Shown here piece after piece: positions 49,172 to 60,958 of a DNA stretch of 64,000 nucleotides (positions within the stretch are counted from its first letter, which is position 1; each line of letters begins with the position of its first letter). A program made the translations under genes and the position numbers. The notes beneath the pieces are model-generated. The model saw only the letters and a program-made list of their open reading frames with translations, was not told where the DNA came from and ran no database searches. Source of the stretch: Azolla caroliniana (Eukaryota; Plantae; Polypodiophyta). Where the stretch lies: contig JBHGNT010000018.1 in the NCBI GenBank assembly GCA_043228905.1, positions 10,974,001-11,038,000 on the forward strand. The letters are read 5' to 3'.

Positions 49172-52100
49172 GCAGAACACAATTTCAAAATTATATCAAG
49201 ACTCTGTACACACACTGTGCTAAGTAGCACTATTTATACAAGTCCTCTTGGGACTGACAGAAGTACCATGTACTTCAATGCTCACACGAGCATCTGACAC
49301 TTACTACGAGACTATAGCTACCTAGTATTCTATCCTATACTAGGCTTCCGATTGGACTTCCGGTTACGGATTGCACCCAGTCTCCACTGCTTGCCGGTTC
49401 GGTTGCTCACCGTCATACCGATCTGTTTCGCCCGATCCATCTCGCTTACCAGTTCCGGCTTATTCAGCCGATCCGGCTCCGGTTGAGCTTGCCGCTCAAC
49501 ACTCCCCCTCAAGCTCAACCTGAGGTGGGTCATAGTGTCGACCTGTGTGGCAGTCGGTTCTTCCAACCGACTTCTCCTGGCATCACTCCGCCTTGCTCGC
49601 GCTCCTCGTCCGGTCCGGTCCGGTTTGCCGCGACCCCTTTGGTTCTGTGCACCTCGACCCTCTCGGTCAGCATGTCTGCTCAATAGGCCCATCTCAGCAC
49701 TCACGTTGCTGTGACTCCGGCGCTTGCCGATCCGTCGGTTCTCCCACGATGGCATCGACTTCCGCTGTGTCCGTGTCCCCTTGGCCTTCAGTCGATCCGA
49801 ATCATCCGGATCCATCTGTTGATCCGAGTCAGCTGTCTCCGACTCGTTCCAGCTCTTGTCTGAATCGGTACACTTCGATTCGACTTCCGGCTTCAGGCTT
49901 CTCACCACATCGGACCACTTCCGAGTCTTAGCCTTCTCCATGCTTCCCTCGGCTTCTTTAGCCGGTGAACCGAAATCGAATTCTTCATTCGACTCCGCAT
50001 CATGGTCAGTACCGTCGTGATGACCTCCGCCCAACATGCACTTCTCTTCCTAAGTGCACAACTCTTCTTCAGAGCCGCTTGCTCCGACCTGTTCGGATGT
50101 GTCGACTTCCTTCGTCGACTCGGCTTTCTTCATCTTCTTGTCTCCTCTTCTTCCGGCTCTCCTCTTATTGACGGGTTCAACAGTTTCTTGGCCTTTGCCC
50201 GTTTCGGTAGAGACTTTGCCCTTGCTTCTCCCCCTCAAGTGCGGCACGTCGAGATGCTGAATACCAAGCATGTCGGTAAAGTGATGCAACTTGTCCGATC
50301 CGAGCGGCTTGGTGAAGATGTCAGCAACTTGCTGATCCGTATGAACATACCGTAGGTCAACTTCACCGCTCAGGACCCGCTCACGCACGAAGTGGTAGTG
50401 CACCTCGATGTGCTTTGTGCGAGCATGGAACACAGGGGCCGACAAACTACGAGGTTGTACCGGTCCAATATAGCAGTCCCCGGTCTTTAGTGCCGCTTAC
50501 GTACCGCAGTACGCGTTGCGCACACTGAAGGTGCTCCTAGGTAGGTCGTGCCATGAACTGACTGATCACCCCGACCGGATAACTGAGATCGGGTCAGGTG
50601 ATTGTCAAGTAGATAAGGCTTCCGACAATTTGTCGGAACCTTGTCGGGTCGCATACCTGTCCGGAATTGGGCGAAGCTTGACGGTTCTATCCAAAGGAGT
50701 CGAGACGGACTTACCGTCGGCCATCCCGAATTTGAAGAGCATACTCAACACATAATGGTGTTGGTTGATCAATATGCCTTCGGGGGTACGGATCACTTCG
50801 ATCCCGAGGAAGTAATGAAGATCCCCCAGATCCTTCATGTCGAACGATGCCGCAAGCTAGAGCTTCACACGGTCGATTTCTCCTAGATCGGCGCCGGTGA
50901 TGACCAAGTCATCAACATATAGTAAAATACTGACCAGACTGAGCCGACCTTTCTTGATGAACAGGGAAGAGTCTGATTTTGACGTTGCAAAGCCCATCCA
51001 ACACAGTTGTTGCGTGATCTTTGCGTTCGAGGCACGCAGGGCTTGCTTTAGTCCGTAAAGGGACTTCTTCAATCGGCACACTGCCGACGTGTTCGTTCCG
51101 AAGTGAAATCCGGGGGGTTGTACCATGTACACTTGTTCCTCAAGCTCACCTTGCCTGTGCCGCTTCCACAACCGACCGATTTTCCCTCTCGGCCACGCCG
51201 TTTTGCTTCGGCGTGTATCGACAACTGAATTCGCGCCGAATTCCCATCTGTTGTAGATAACCGTTGAATTGACCGGAAAAGTATTCTTTTCCGCCATCTG
51301 ACCGCAGGCACCTGATCTTCCTTCCTGTTTCCGTTTCCACGAACCCTTGGAGGTCTCGGAAATAGTCGAAGACTTCACTCTTCCTCTCAATGAGGTAGAT
51401 CCATGTGTGCCACGTGTAGTCGTCGATGAAGGAGACGAAATATCGGCTCCCGCCAAGACTAACGTTTTGTGTCGGCCCCACACATCAAAGTGTATCAAGT
51501 TTTTTGCCACCGTCAATAGAGTCGAGGATGAACATCCTGTTAGAAATTGACGCTTTCAAAACCTTCTCCTCTCGGCCACAACCGAGGAAACACGAATCAA
51601 TGCAGCAGTAAATCGAAAACACAGAGAGAGACTCGAATGCACAGGGTTTGACGTGGAAAACCCTAGACGGGAAAAACCACGGGAGTGCAAGACTCCAACT
51701 ATCACTATACGCAGGGAATGTACAATGGCGAGCTGCAAGGCGACGACCTTGAGCTCGCTGTTCTCGCCACGGGCGGCGGTATTACACAGAGGCGTCAACC
51801 TCTTCCTTTCTCTCTCTCTCTCACTCTCTCTCTCTGCTGCTCTCACTTCGCTCTCTCTAAGTGGAAAACAGAAAAATGAGCAACAACAACAAAACTGTTT
51901 GCCCTAAGTCATATTTATACACATATGACTTTCGGGCTATTTACAAATATAGCCTCAAGGGCCCTTGGCAAACATATTCACAAATATGTCCCCGCATCCG
52001 GATCTCTCTCCGGGGTACATTCGTCATCCGGCTCCGTACCCGGGGTCTTCATCATTCGGATCCGGAACCGGGTCTTCATCATCCGGCTCCGATACCGGGT

Positions 52101-52184
52101 ACTCCTCATTCGGGTCTTCATTCCCTATTCCCGGACATCCGACCATCCCATCCGGAGAGACCGTAATCCCAACAAACTCCCCCT

Positions 52185-55100
52185 TCACTTCGGCATGGGA
52201 TGTCTTTCCAGTCCGACCCTCTTCCGGCACGCTTCCAGCTTGTCGGGTGTGAGCACTTTGGTCAGCATATCTGACCCGTTCTCGTCCATGTGGATCTTCG
52301 TCAGCACGAACTCCTTGTCTTCTATCCTTTCCCGGATCCAGTGATATCTACGCTGGATGTGCTTCGTCCGGGAGTGATAGGCCGCGTTCTTCGCAAGGTG
52401 GATGGCACTCTGACTGTCGCAGTAGAGTCGGTACTCCTCCTGCCGGATACCGACCTCTCTAATGAAGTCCTTCAACCATATTATTTCCTTGCCGGCTTCA
52501 ACAGCCGCCATGTACTCCGCCTCCGTGGTTGACAACGCAACCGTCTTCTGTAGCCTCGACTGCCACGAAACAGCTCCCCCTGCATACGTCATCACATACC
52601 CTGATGTGGACCGGCTGGTATCCGCATCAGCCGACATATCCGAATCGGTAAAACCGTCGAGTTCGGGCTTACCGGTGCCAAATCGGAGGCACACGTTTGC
52701 CGTGCCCTTCAGGTATCGGAGTATCCACTTGGCCGCGTTCCAGTGCTCTTTGCCGGGATTGCTCATGTACCGGCTCACCACTCCGACTGCATATCCTATG
52801 TCCGGTCTTGTACACACCATTGCGTACATCAAGCTTCCGACGGCAGAGGCATATGGTACTTTCATCATGTCCTCCTTCTCAGCCTTTGTCTTGGGGCTTT
52901 GCTTGCTGGACAACTTGCAGTTTGCCGGGAGGGTTGACCCGACCGGTCTTGCTTCCGACATGTTGAACCGGTGAAGCACCTTTGTCACGTACTTCTCCTG
53001 TGACAGCCACAACTGCTTCTTCTTCCGGTCCCGGATGATGTGTATCCCTAGTATTTGCCCAGGTCCTTCATTGAGAAGGTTCGGTGAAGCGCTTTCTTCA
53101 GCATCCGTATCTTGACCTGGTCCCGTCCGACGATCAACATGTCGTCCACGTACAGGAGGAGTATTAGAAAGTCTCCTCCTTCGAACTTCTTCACAAACAC
53201 GCAGTGATCGGACTGCGTTTTGTGGTACCCTTCGTCGGTCATGAAAGAGTCGAACTTCCGGTACCATTGCCGGGGAGCCTGCTTCAGTCCGTAAAGGCTC
53301 TTCTTCAACCGGCATACCAGGTGCTCCTTCCCTTTCTTCTCGAATCCTTCCGGTTGCTGCATGTAGATCTCTTCTTCGAGGTCACCGTGAAGGAATGCCG
53401 TCTTCACGTCCATCTGTTCTACCTCGAGGTCCATGCTTGCCGCTATGCTCAGCACCGTCCGGATGGAGGTCATCTTCACTACCGGGGCAAATATCTCGTC
53501 GAAGTCGACGCCCTTCTTCTGCTGGAACCCCTTCACCACGATCCTGGCTTTGTATCTCGGGGGGTTTTCGGCATCTCCCAGTTTTAGCTTGAACACCCAC
53601 TTGTTTCGAAGTGCCCGCTTTTCTTTCGGCAACTCCACAAGTTCATATGTGTGGTTCTCATGCAGGGAATCCATCTCCTCCTGCATGGCACTTAACCACC
53701 TGCGGCTATGGGTGTCAAGCTTTGCTTCTTCAAAACTCTCCGGCTCCCCCTCGTCGGTTAGCAGCACGTGCTCTGGTTCCGGAAATCTCCGGGGGGCCCT
53801 TCTCTCTCTTAGAGGATATCTCCGTTCCGGAGCTTCGGTAACCGGCTCCTCCGTTTCCTCTTCATCCGAATCCATTTCGGGATCGGGGCCGGTTCCGGTA
53901 TCAGTTTCATCTTCCTCGGCCGGTTCTGTTTCTTCACCGTCTTCGACCGGATCCTCGAGTGCTAACCGGTCCCTTGCCGGTCGGGACTGCTCCTCGTAGA
54001 GTTGATCCTCACCGGTCGACTTGGAGCTCTTCATCTTCTTCTCCGACTCCCAGTCGGCGAGTGTCTTGTCCTCCATGAAGATGATATCACGACTCCGGAA
54101 TATCTTTTTGTCGACCGGGTCCCATACACGGTAGCCGAACTCGTCATCGCCGTAACCGAGGAATATGCATGGCCGAGTCTTTGGATCTAGCTTTCCTCTC
54201 CGGTCCTTTGCCACATGCACATATGCGAGACACCCGAACACCTTCAGATGCTGGTAGGATACTTCCCTACCGGTCCACACTCTCTGCGGCGTGTCTCCGT
54301 CCAAAGGTACTGAGGGTGATCTGTTTATCACGTATGTCGCCGACGACATTGCCTCAGCCCAAAACCCCTTGGGTAATTTCGCATGCGCCAGCATACTCCG
54401 GACCCTCTCCATTATGGTCCGGTTCATCCTCTCGGCCAGCCCGTTCAGTTTCGGTGTCTTCGGCACAGTAAACTCAAGCCGGATTCCCTTCGAGCGACAA
54501 TACTCCTCAAACTGCCCCCGATATTCCCCTCCGTTATCCGCTCGTATCGCTTTCAGCTTCTTGCCGGATTCCCTTTCCACTCTCGCGTGGAGTTCTTTGA
54601 AGACGCACAACACTTGGTCCTTTGTCTTCAACGGTGCCGTCCACAGCTTCCGGCGGTGGTCATCTATGAATGTCACGAAGTACTGGGCTCCGCCATGTGA
54701 CTTCGTTTCTACTTGACACACGTCAGTGTGCACCAACTCCAATGGTGCGCTACGTCTCGTCGGTGGCCTTGAGTGGAAGGAGGTTCGGTTCTGCTTACCG
54801 GCCAGGCAATCGGTGCACTTCTCCAAGTGCACATGCTTCACTAGAATAAGGTTGTCTTCTGCAAGCCTCTTCATCCCCTTCTCACTCATGTGGCACAGTC
54901 TCTTGTGCCACAGCTCACCGGCAGTGTCGGCTGCCACGTTCAACTCCTCCGGACACAACCAGGCATTCATAAGGTACAGTGTGTTGACTTTCCGAGCCCG
55001 AGCCACTATCAGGCTCCCCTTGCTGAACTTCATTACGCCGTTCCGGATGCTACCTGTGTAGCCTTCATCGTCTAGCCTCCCGGCCGAAATCAGGTTCAAT

Positions 55101-56257
55101 CGAACCTCCGGAACGTGTCGGACATCCTTCAGCAACATTTTGCATCCGGTCGAGGTTGTCAACCACACGTCTCCTATGCCGGCAATCCGGCACGTACCTT
55201 CATTTCCCATCCGAACACAGCCATGCTCACCGACTGTGTAGGATGAGAAGTATCTTCTTTCCGGGGTCAGGTGGAACGACGCTCCGGAATCGACCACCCA
55301 AGTAGTCTCATCGCCGGCAATGTTTAGTTCACCTTCTTCGGTGATGAGCATGATCTCCTCTTCACTTGCCGCGAGTGCCGTCGTTCCTTTCCGGTCCTGC
55401 TCTCGCCGATCTGAGCCATTCCGGTCCGTGGCTCCCCGGTAAGCACCGTTCCGTTCCGAAGACTTCTTCGAATCGGTGTCGTCGGCTCCGTTGTCTTTTC
55501 GGTAATGCTGACAATTCTTTCGGAAGTGCCTCGGCTTCCCACAGTGGAAGCATGTGGGCCTTCCTCTTGACTGCGACCGGGTCCCCGATTTCTCCCGTCT
55601 TTGCGGACTCCGGTTCCGTTGTCTTCCCCGATCCGATTCGGTAAGCAGCATCTTCGGATCGGAGGCCGGTTCTTTATCTCTCCGACGCGCTTCTTCGTTC
55701 AAAATGCTTGTCTTTACCGTTTGTAGGGACAAGTTATCTTCGGTGCAGGAGGTGCTGAGAGTCACCACCAAGTTCTCCCAGCTTGCCGGCAATGTACACA
55801 TCAGGATGATGGCTTGTATTGCATCCTCCAACGGGAACTTGATCGCCGCAAGCTGGTTCACGAATCCCATGAACGTGCTTACGTGTTCCACCATACTCTC
55901 GCCGTCCCGGTACTTGAGGTTCACTATCTTCCTCATCAGGGAGGTCCGGTTCAACGCATTCTTCCTCTCGTAGAGGCCCGACAGCTTCTGCCACATCTCA
56001 TATGCGTTGGTGTCGTTCGCCACATGTTGTAGAACGCTCACGTCGACGTATTGCCGAATGGTTGCAACGGCTTTCCGGTTCAGAAGCCTCCATTCCGTCT
56101 CAAGTACCCCCTTGGGTATTTCCGACCTGTCGATCGGTTCATACAGGTCCCGAACAATGAGCAGATCCTCCATCTTTATCTTCCAGTCGGCGTAGTTCTG
56201 CGCATTCAGCACTATCATCCCCGGCTGCCCGCTGCTGCCGCCTTCCATTTTTTGCAC
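52185..56257 (-). CDS. Copia B gag-pol polyprotein (gag-PR-INT-RT-RH), one frameshift near 53050
   Basis: CFHCGKPRHFRKNC, VVDSGAS, WHKRLCH..CTDC, DNGGEY, YVDD, RH TDSD..ALSTTEAEY; ORFs 53048-56257 and 52185-53315 overlap. Confidence 0.95.
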
Positions 56258-56264
56258 TGCAGTC

Positions 56265-56276
56265 GCTCTGATACCA
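56265..56276 (-). promoter_or_regulatory. PBS, initiator tRNA-Met
   Basis: TGGTATCAGAGC adjacent to the 5' LTR. Confidence 0.95.
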
Positions 56277-58130
56277 GATTGTTAGAAATTGACGCTTTCA
56301 AAACCTTCTCCTCTCGGCCACAACCGAGGAAACACGAATCAATGCAGCAGTAAATCGAAAACATAGAGAGAGACTCGAATGCACAGGGTTTGACGTGGAA
56401 AACCCTAGACGGAAAAAACCACGGGAGTGCAAGACTCCAACTATCACTATACGCAGGGAATGTACAATGGCGAGCTGCAAGGCGACGACCTTGAGCTCGC
56501 TGTTCTCGCCACAGGCGGCGGTATTACATAGAGGCGTCGACCTCTTCCTTTCTCTCTCTCTCTCACTCTCTCTCTCTGCTGCTCTCACTTCGCTCTCTCT
56601 AAGTGGAAAACAGCAAAATGAGCAACAACAACAAAACTGTTTGCCCTAAGTCATATTTATACACATATGACTTTCGGGCTATTTACAAATATAGCCTCAA
56701 GGGCCCTTGGCAAACATATTCACAAATATGTCCCCGCATCCGGATCTCTCTCTGGGGTACATTCGTCATCCGGCTCCGTAGCCGGGGTCTTCATCATCCG
56801 GATCCGGAACCGGGTCTTCATCATCCGGCTCCGATACCGGGTACTCCTCATTCGGGTCTTCATTCCCGATTCCCGGACATCCGACCATCCCATCCGGAGA
56901 GACCGTAATCCCAACACATCCTCCCATCTCTGCGCCCTTGCGCAATAACACGGCCTTCTTCCTCAATGAAGCATCCGAGGTGTGTAAACCGGACCTCCAT
57001 CCCTTGGTCGACGATCTGTCCGACCGACACCAAGTTCTTCGTGATTGTCGGAACGTGTAGCACATTCATGAGTTTCCCTTTCTGCCCGACATTGCTCAAG
57101 GGAACTTCTCCGACATTCGCGATTGGATGCGGAGTGTCGTCTCCGGTTGCAACTACTCCCGGTTGCATCGGTTTTTCTAGGTATGAGAACCACTCCTTAT
57201 GGCGCCGGACTCAACGTACCACACCTCGTCCGATTTCGGGGTGGTTTGCTTCATTGAGTTTGCTTCGTGTCTCGTCACGAAGGCATACCCTTTTCCGGCT
57301 TTTCTGGATCCTTCGGTGTAGTGCGATAGCTGCCGATTTCCGTTGTCGGTATGTCTGGAACCAGCTCCGGAGCCGGTCCTCTCCGACTCGGCATGCTTTT
57401 TCTAGAACTCGCTCTCCTTGTGGCCTTTCTTGCCACAATACCAGCATTTCGTGGCGGGTTTCCCTTGCCGGTTCTCATCGCCTCGACCCCCCCTATTTCC
57501 CGAGGGTCTGGAATTGTTGTCGGTATCATTTCGGTGCCTCCTTCCTTGATCTCGTCGACCGCCTCCATTGCGCACCAACTCGCCTCATCCTCCACGACCA
57601 CGGGGCCTATCTCCCTCCGTGTACAACATCTTGTGGTCGGTGCGCGTGGTTCTCCTCTTCTAGGAGCATCGACTATAAGTCGAAAAAGGATGGCGTATTC
57701 TCCCGGGTACACACAGCAGTTCGGAACACCCCAAACTTTGACGCCAAACCCCCGAGACAGACCTGGACCATCTCGCTTTCCTCGATGTTCACATCGATGG
57801 AAGCTAAGGAGTCGCATATGTCCTTGATCTTCGAGGTATAGTCAGCCACCGACAAATCGCGTTGTCGTAGGTTGCTTAACTCCTGTCGGAGAAGAAGCTT
57901 CCTGGCTGTGGTGCTCGCGGCGAAGATCTTCTTCAGATCTTCCCACGCACCCTTCGGCGTTTTTGCATCCCGAACGTAGCTTAATAGCTATTTGCCCACA
58001 GAAGACGCGAAATAGTACAACACTTTGCTCGCCGATTGTTCCCACGCTGTCGTAGTGTAGGTTGCACACTATGCGGAAATTATATTTTTGTCCCTCCGGA
58101 TAGAGAATGGAGTGCTCGGGGAGAACCGGA

Positions 58131-58226
58131 AGAAAACGGCATACCGGCAAGGAGGAAAAACGGCATACCGGCAAGGAGGAAAACAGCATACCGGCAAGGA
58201 GGAAAAACGGCATACCGGCAAGGAGG
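58131..58226. repeat. Four copies of a 23-24-bp tandem repeat in U3
   Basis: aggaaaaacggcataccggcaagg. Confidence 0.95.
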
Positions 58227-58269
58227 AGCCGGATAAAGAGACATAAATGTAAAAAGAAGGGAAATACTC

Positions 58270-58340
58270 ACTACTGCGCAGGGCGTGATTCGAACTCTGC
58301 ACCTCCACATTGACAAACCCCAACCTTACCATTACATTAA
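58270..58340 (-). promoter_or_regulatory. tRNA-like A/B-box module in C4 LTR
   Basis: Minus strand taatgtaatggtaagg..gcagagttcgaatcacgcc; orthologous to 7503-7570. Confidence 0.65.
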
Positions 58341-58885
58341 ATTATCTTAAGTGTTTTAAATATAGATTTAATATGTATAAGACCTTTATTTATGCATACC
58401 TTTATTAAAAGGTAAATCGTGTATTTCTTTAATATATGAAAAAGAAAAAACACGAGACACTAAAAATAACTCATGCACATCTAGCGTGCATGAGCCCTAT
58501 ACTTAGGAAATAAAAAAGCATCACATGCACATTTAGTGGACATGAACACTTTTTGTAAAAATAAAAAAGCATGAAGCCATGCTTAGCTCTTCCTTCCTTA
58601 TATAAGGAGGAGAGAAATATGTAAAGGGTTGTTGATTTTTGGATTAAGAATTAATCAATAGAAAAATTATTCGTGGGATTCACGATTTATACATCTACTT
58701 CTCTCTTAACACCCTAAGTACCAATTAATATAGTATACTCGTGTGATTCACGAGTTTCTTATCTTTCTCTTTGCTATTTACTCATAATTAATCTCTATCT
58801 CACGAACTCCTTTCTCCTAGTCCAAGACCTCTGTGGTTCCCACCCGACTCACGCAACGATCCGGAGCCGAAAGGCACGACACAGT

Positions 58886-58902
58886 TGGTGAACCCGACGT
58901 GA
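58886..58902 (+). promoter_or_regulatory. PBS complementary to tRNA-Trp 3' end
   Basis: TGGTGAACCCGACGTGA 4 nt after the LTR; matches my recollection of the plant tRNA-Trp end UCACGUCGGGUUCACCA. Confidence 0.85.
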
Positions 58903-58919
58903 AGACGGGTGGCAAGGAG

Positions 58920-60958
58920 ATGGAGGCTCAACAAGCTAACAATATGATGGCGATGTTCGAACGGATGCTTCAAGAACAACGCACGATGTCGGAGATTTCG
59001 GCATCAGTAGAGCGGCTCGTGCAACGCAACGGGCAATTTAATGGTAAGGATGTGTCGCGATATTTGCAGGACTACAAGGCGGAGATGCTCCGGTGCCGGG
59101 CTTCGGAAGGACTGCAAGTGACATCCTTTAACCGGGTGGCGACCGACGGGCTTCAAGGGAGTATCCACGGGTTGCAACAACAAAATCCGACGTGGGAAGC
59201 ATTCGAAGAGGCGTTAAAGACCACGTTTGCCATCGAGGACTCCTCCAAGGCAACGCGGAGGGGATTCGAGGATTGGGTGGAAACGTCAGGTAAGGGGCTG
59301 AAGGTCCTCGAAGTGTTTTCGGCATTCGAAAGTCGGTTCGGGAGGTTGTCCGCGAGAGATCAAATTGTTCTTGCACCGGACAAAGTCATCATGTTTTTGC
59401 GAGCTGTGGACGTCCGGGACCGGAAAGATCTCGGAGTGCTTCTTGAGGACACGACCACCGAAAGCGGCCTCACCGAAACATGGGAAAGCGTGCGGGATAT
59501 CGTCGCGCGGTACACGAAGAGGGGGCAATGGCTTGCCAACGAAGAAAAGAGGGTTTCGGAACCGATTCCGAAACCGAGAACGGGATTGGAAGACCATCAA
59601 CCGAGGGCTCGGGAGATTACGGCCGAGAAGGGAGTCGACGCGTCTACGGTGGAGCAGCTGCTGAAGGAGATGGAGAATCTAAAGATCGCGATAGTGAAGA
59701 AGTCAGATGACCGCCCCACAAGCTCCAAATATACGGATCGACGGTGCATATGGTGCGATAGCGCCGAACACGATCGGAGGGATTGCGACGACCATAAGGA
59801 GGCGCTACGACGGGATCTCATCTACTACGAGGGAAACCGGATTCATTCGATGGACTCTCGGAAGCCACTCCGACCGAACTTCCGGAAAGGCGGCATGAAG
59901 AAGGTGCTCGAGGAGGAGTTAGCGGCAAGAAGCAACTATGCGACAACCGCGGGAATATGTGTCGGGGAGTCATCGGGAGCGAAGGCGTCTTTCTGCCGGA
60001 GGTGCTAGGAAACACCGAGAAAACCGACTCCAACGATATCCGAAACACCGCGGAAGGCGTCCGGGAAGCTACGGGATGGGAGTGCCCTGTCGATAAGAAT
60101 AGCATATACGCCCTATGTCAATTACATGAGGTGTATGTGGACGAGAAACGACGGCGCACGGAGGATGCGGCCGGACCATCGAAGATACCGGAAAGCTGGA
60201 ACTCCGGAGGTAAGGGAAAAGAAAAGGCGACTCCGGCATTCAAGCTCGCCTCGGACATAGAACAACAAACCGACTTGAAAAGAGTGTTCGAGGAAAGAAT
60301 CTTGGATAGCCGGGTAGATTTTTCGCTGCGGGAACTACTCGGAATAGCGAAGAAGGAGTTTCACGATCTTCTCGTGGATCTTGTAAAAAGGAAGAGACAA
60401 AGTACGGAGGAAAATGCTCCAAGGGTGAATGCACATACCGTTTCAATGAACGACACCGAAGTGGAAGGCGAAATTCCGAACTCCCACTATACAAGGCCAC
60501 ACTGGGCACGTGCGACTACGGAGACTCCGGTCTGAATCGGCAACATCAAAGAACCTGTGCTAGCATTGATTGATCACGGATCGGAGATCAACTTGATGTC
60601 CAAGGAGTTCTACCGAAAGGGGAAGTGGCCTATAAACACCAACCATGGATGGAAGATTCGGGCAGCCACGAAAACGACAGAAGACCTATTTGCGGCTTGT
60701 CCGGATGTGACGGTAAAGATCGGGGATGTCGAAATTGACCAAAATTTCTTTGTGCAGGATGAGGTTTCACATTCTGTCATCCTCGGCCAACCCTTTATCA
60801 CGGCTTCACGGATGGAGACGAAGGTGCTCGATAGTGGTGCGGCTTTTGCGCGAATTCGGAGCCAAAACGGAGGGAAATCCGTCCAATTCCTAACGGTGCC
60901 GGCAAATCACGAAAGGAACAAGAGGGAACTCTTGCCCCAAGTGAGAATGGATTTTTAA
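58920..60958 (+). pseudogene. Gypsy C4 gag-protease ORF (frameshift near 59995, stop at 60533)
   Basis: FNGKDVSRYL, knuckle CIWCDSAEHDRRDC, PR ALIDHGSEIN..ILGQPF. Confidence 0.88.

Larger units (their letters stand above)
51538..56916 (-). mobile_element. Full-length young Ty1/copia family B element
   Basis: 637-bp LTRs 51538-52174 and 56280-56916; TSD CATCC; PBS TGGTATCAGAGC 56265-56276; PPT 52175-52186. Confidence 0.98.
49085..58047 (-). mobile_element. Ty1/copia family A copy 4 (gag..RH-extension-LTR) with internal deletions, hosting copia B and gypsy C4
   Basis: LTR about 49085-49501; PPT complement 49502-49513; RH, RT, INT pieces 50050-51516; PR/gag 56917-58047 with a CWYCGKKGH knuckle. 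Confidence 0.9.

Noticed and set aside
53040-53070. Programmed frameshift in copia RT
   Set aside because: Residues are missing relative to homologues at about 2560-2590 and 37090-37120, so it is a deletion lesion
52462-56353. Numerous plus-strand ORFs over copia B, and similar antisense ORFs such as 2005-2892
   Set aside because: Shadow ORFs of GC-rich coding strands with no independent motifs
58131-58226. Short direct repeats resembling a CRISPR array
   Set aside because: No spacers, inside a eukaryotic LTR, no cas genes
59985-60010. Second programmed frameshift inside gag
   Set aside because: No slippery site; looks like a 1-nt deletion in this copy
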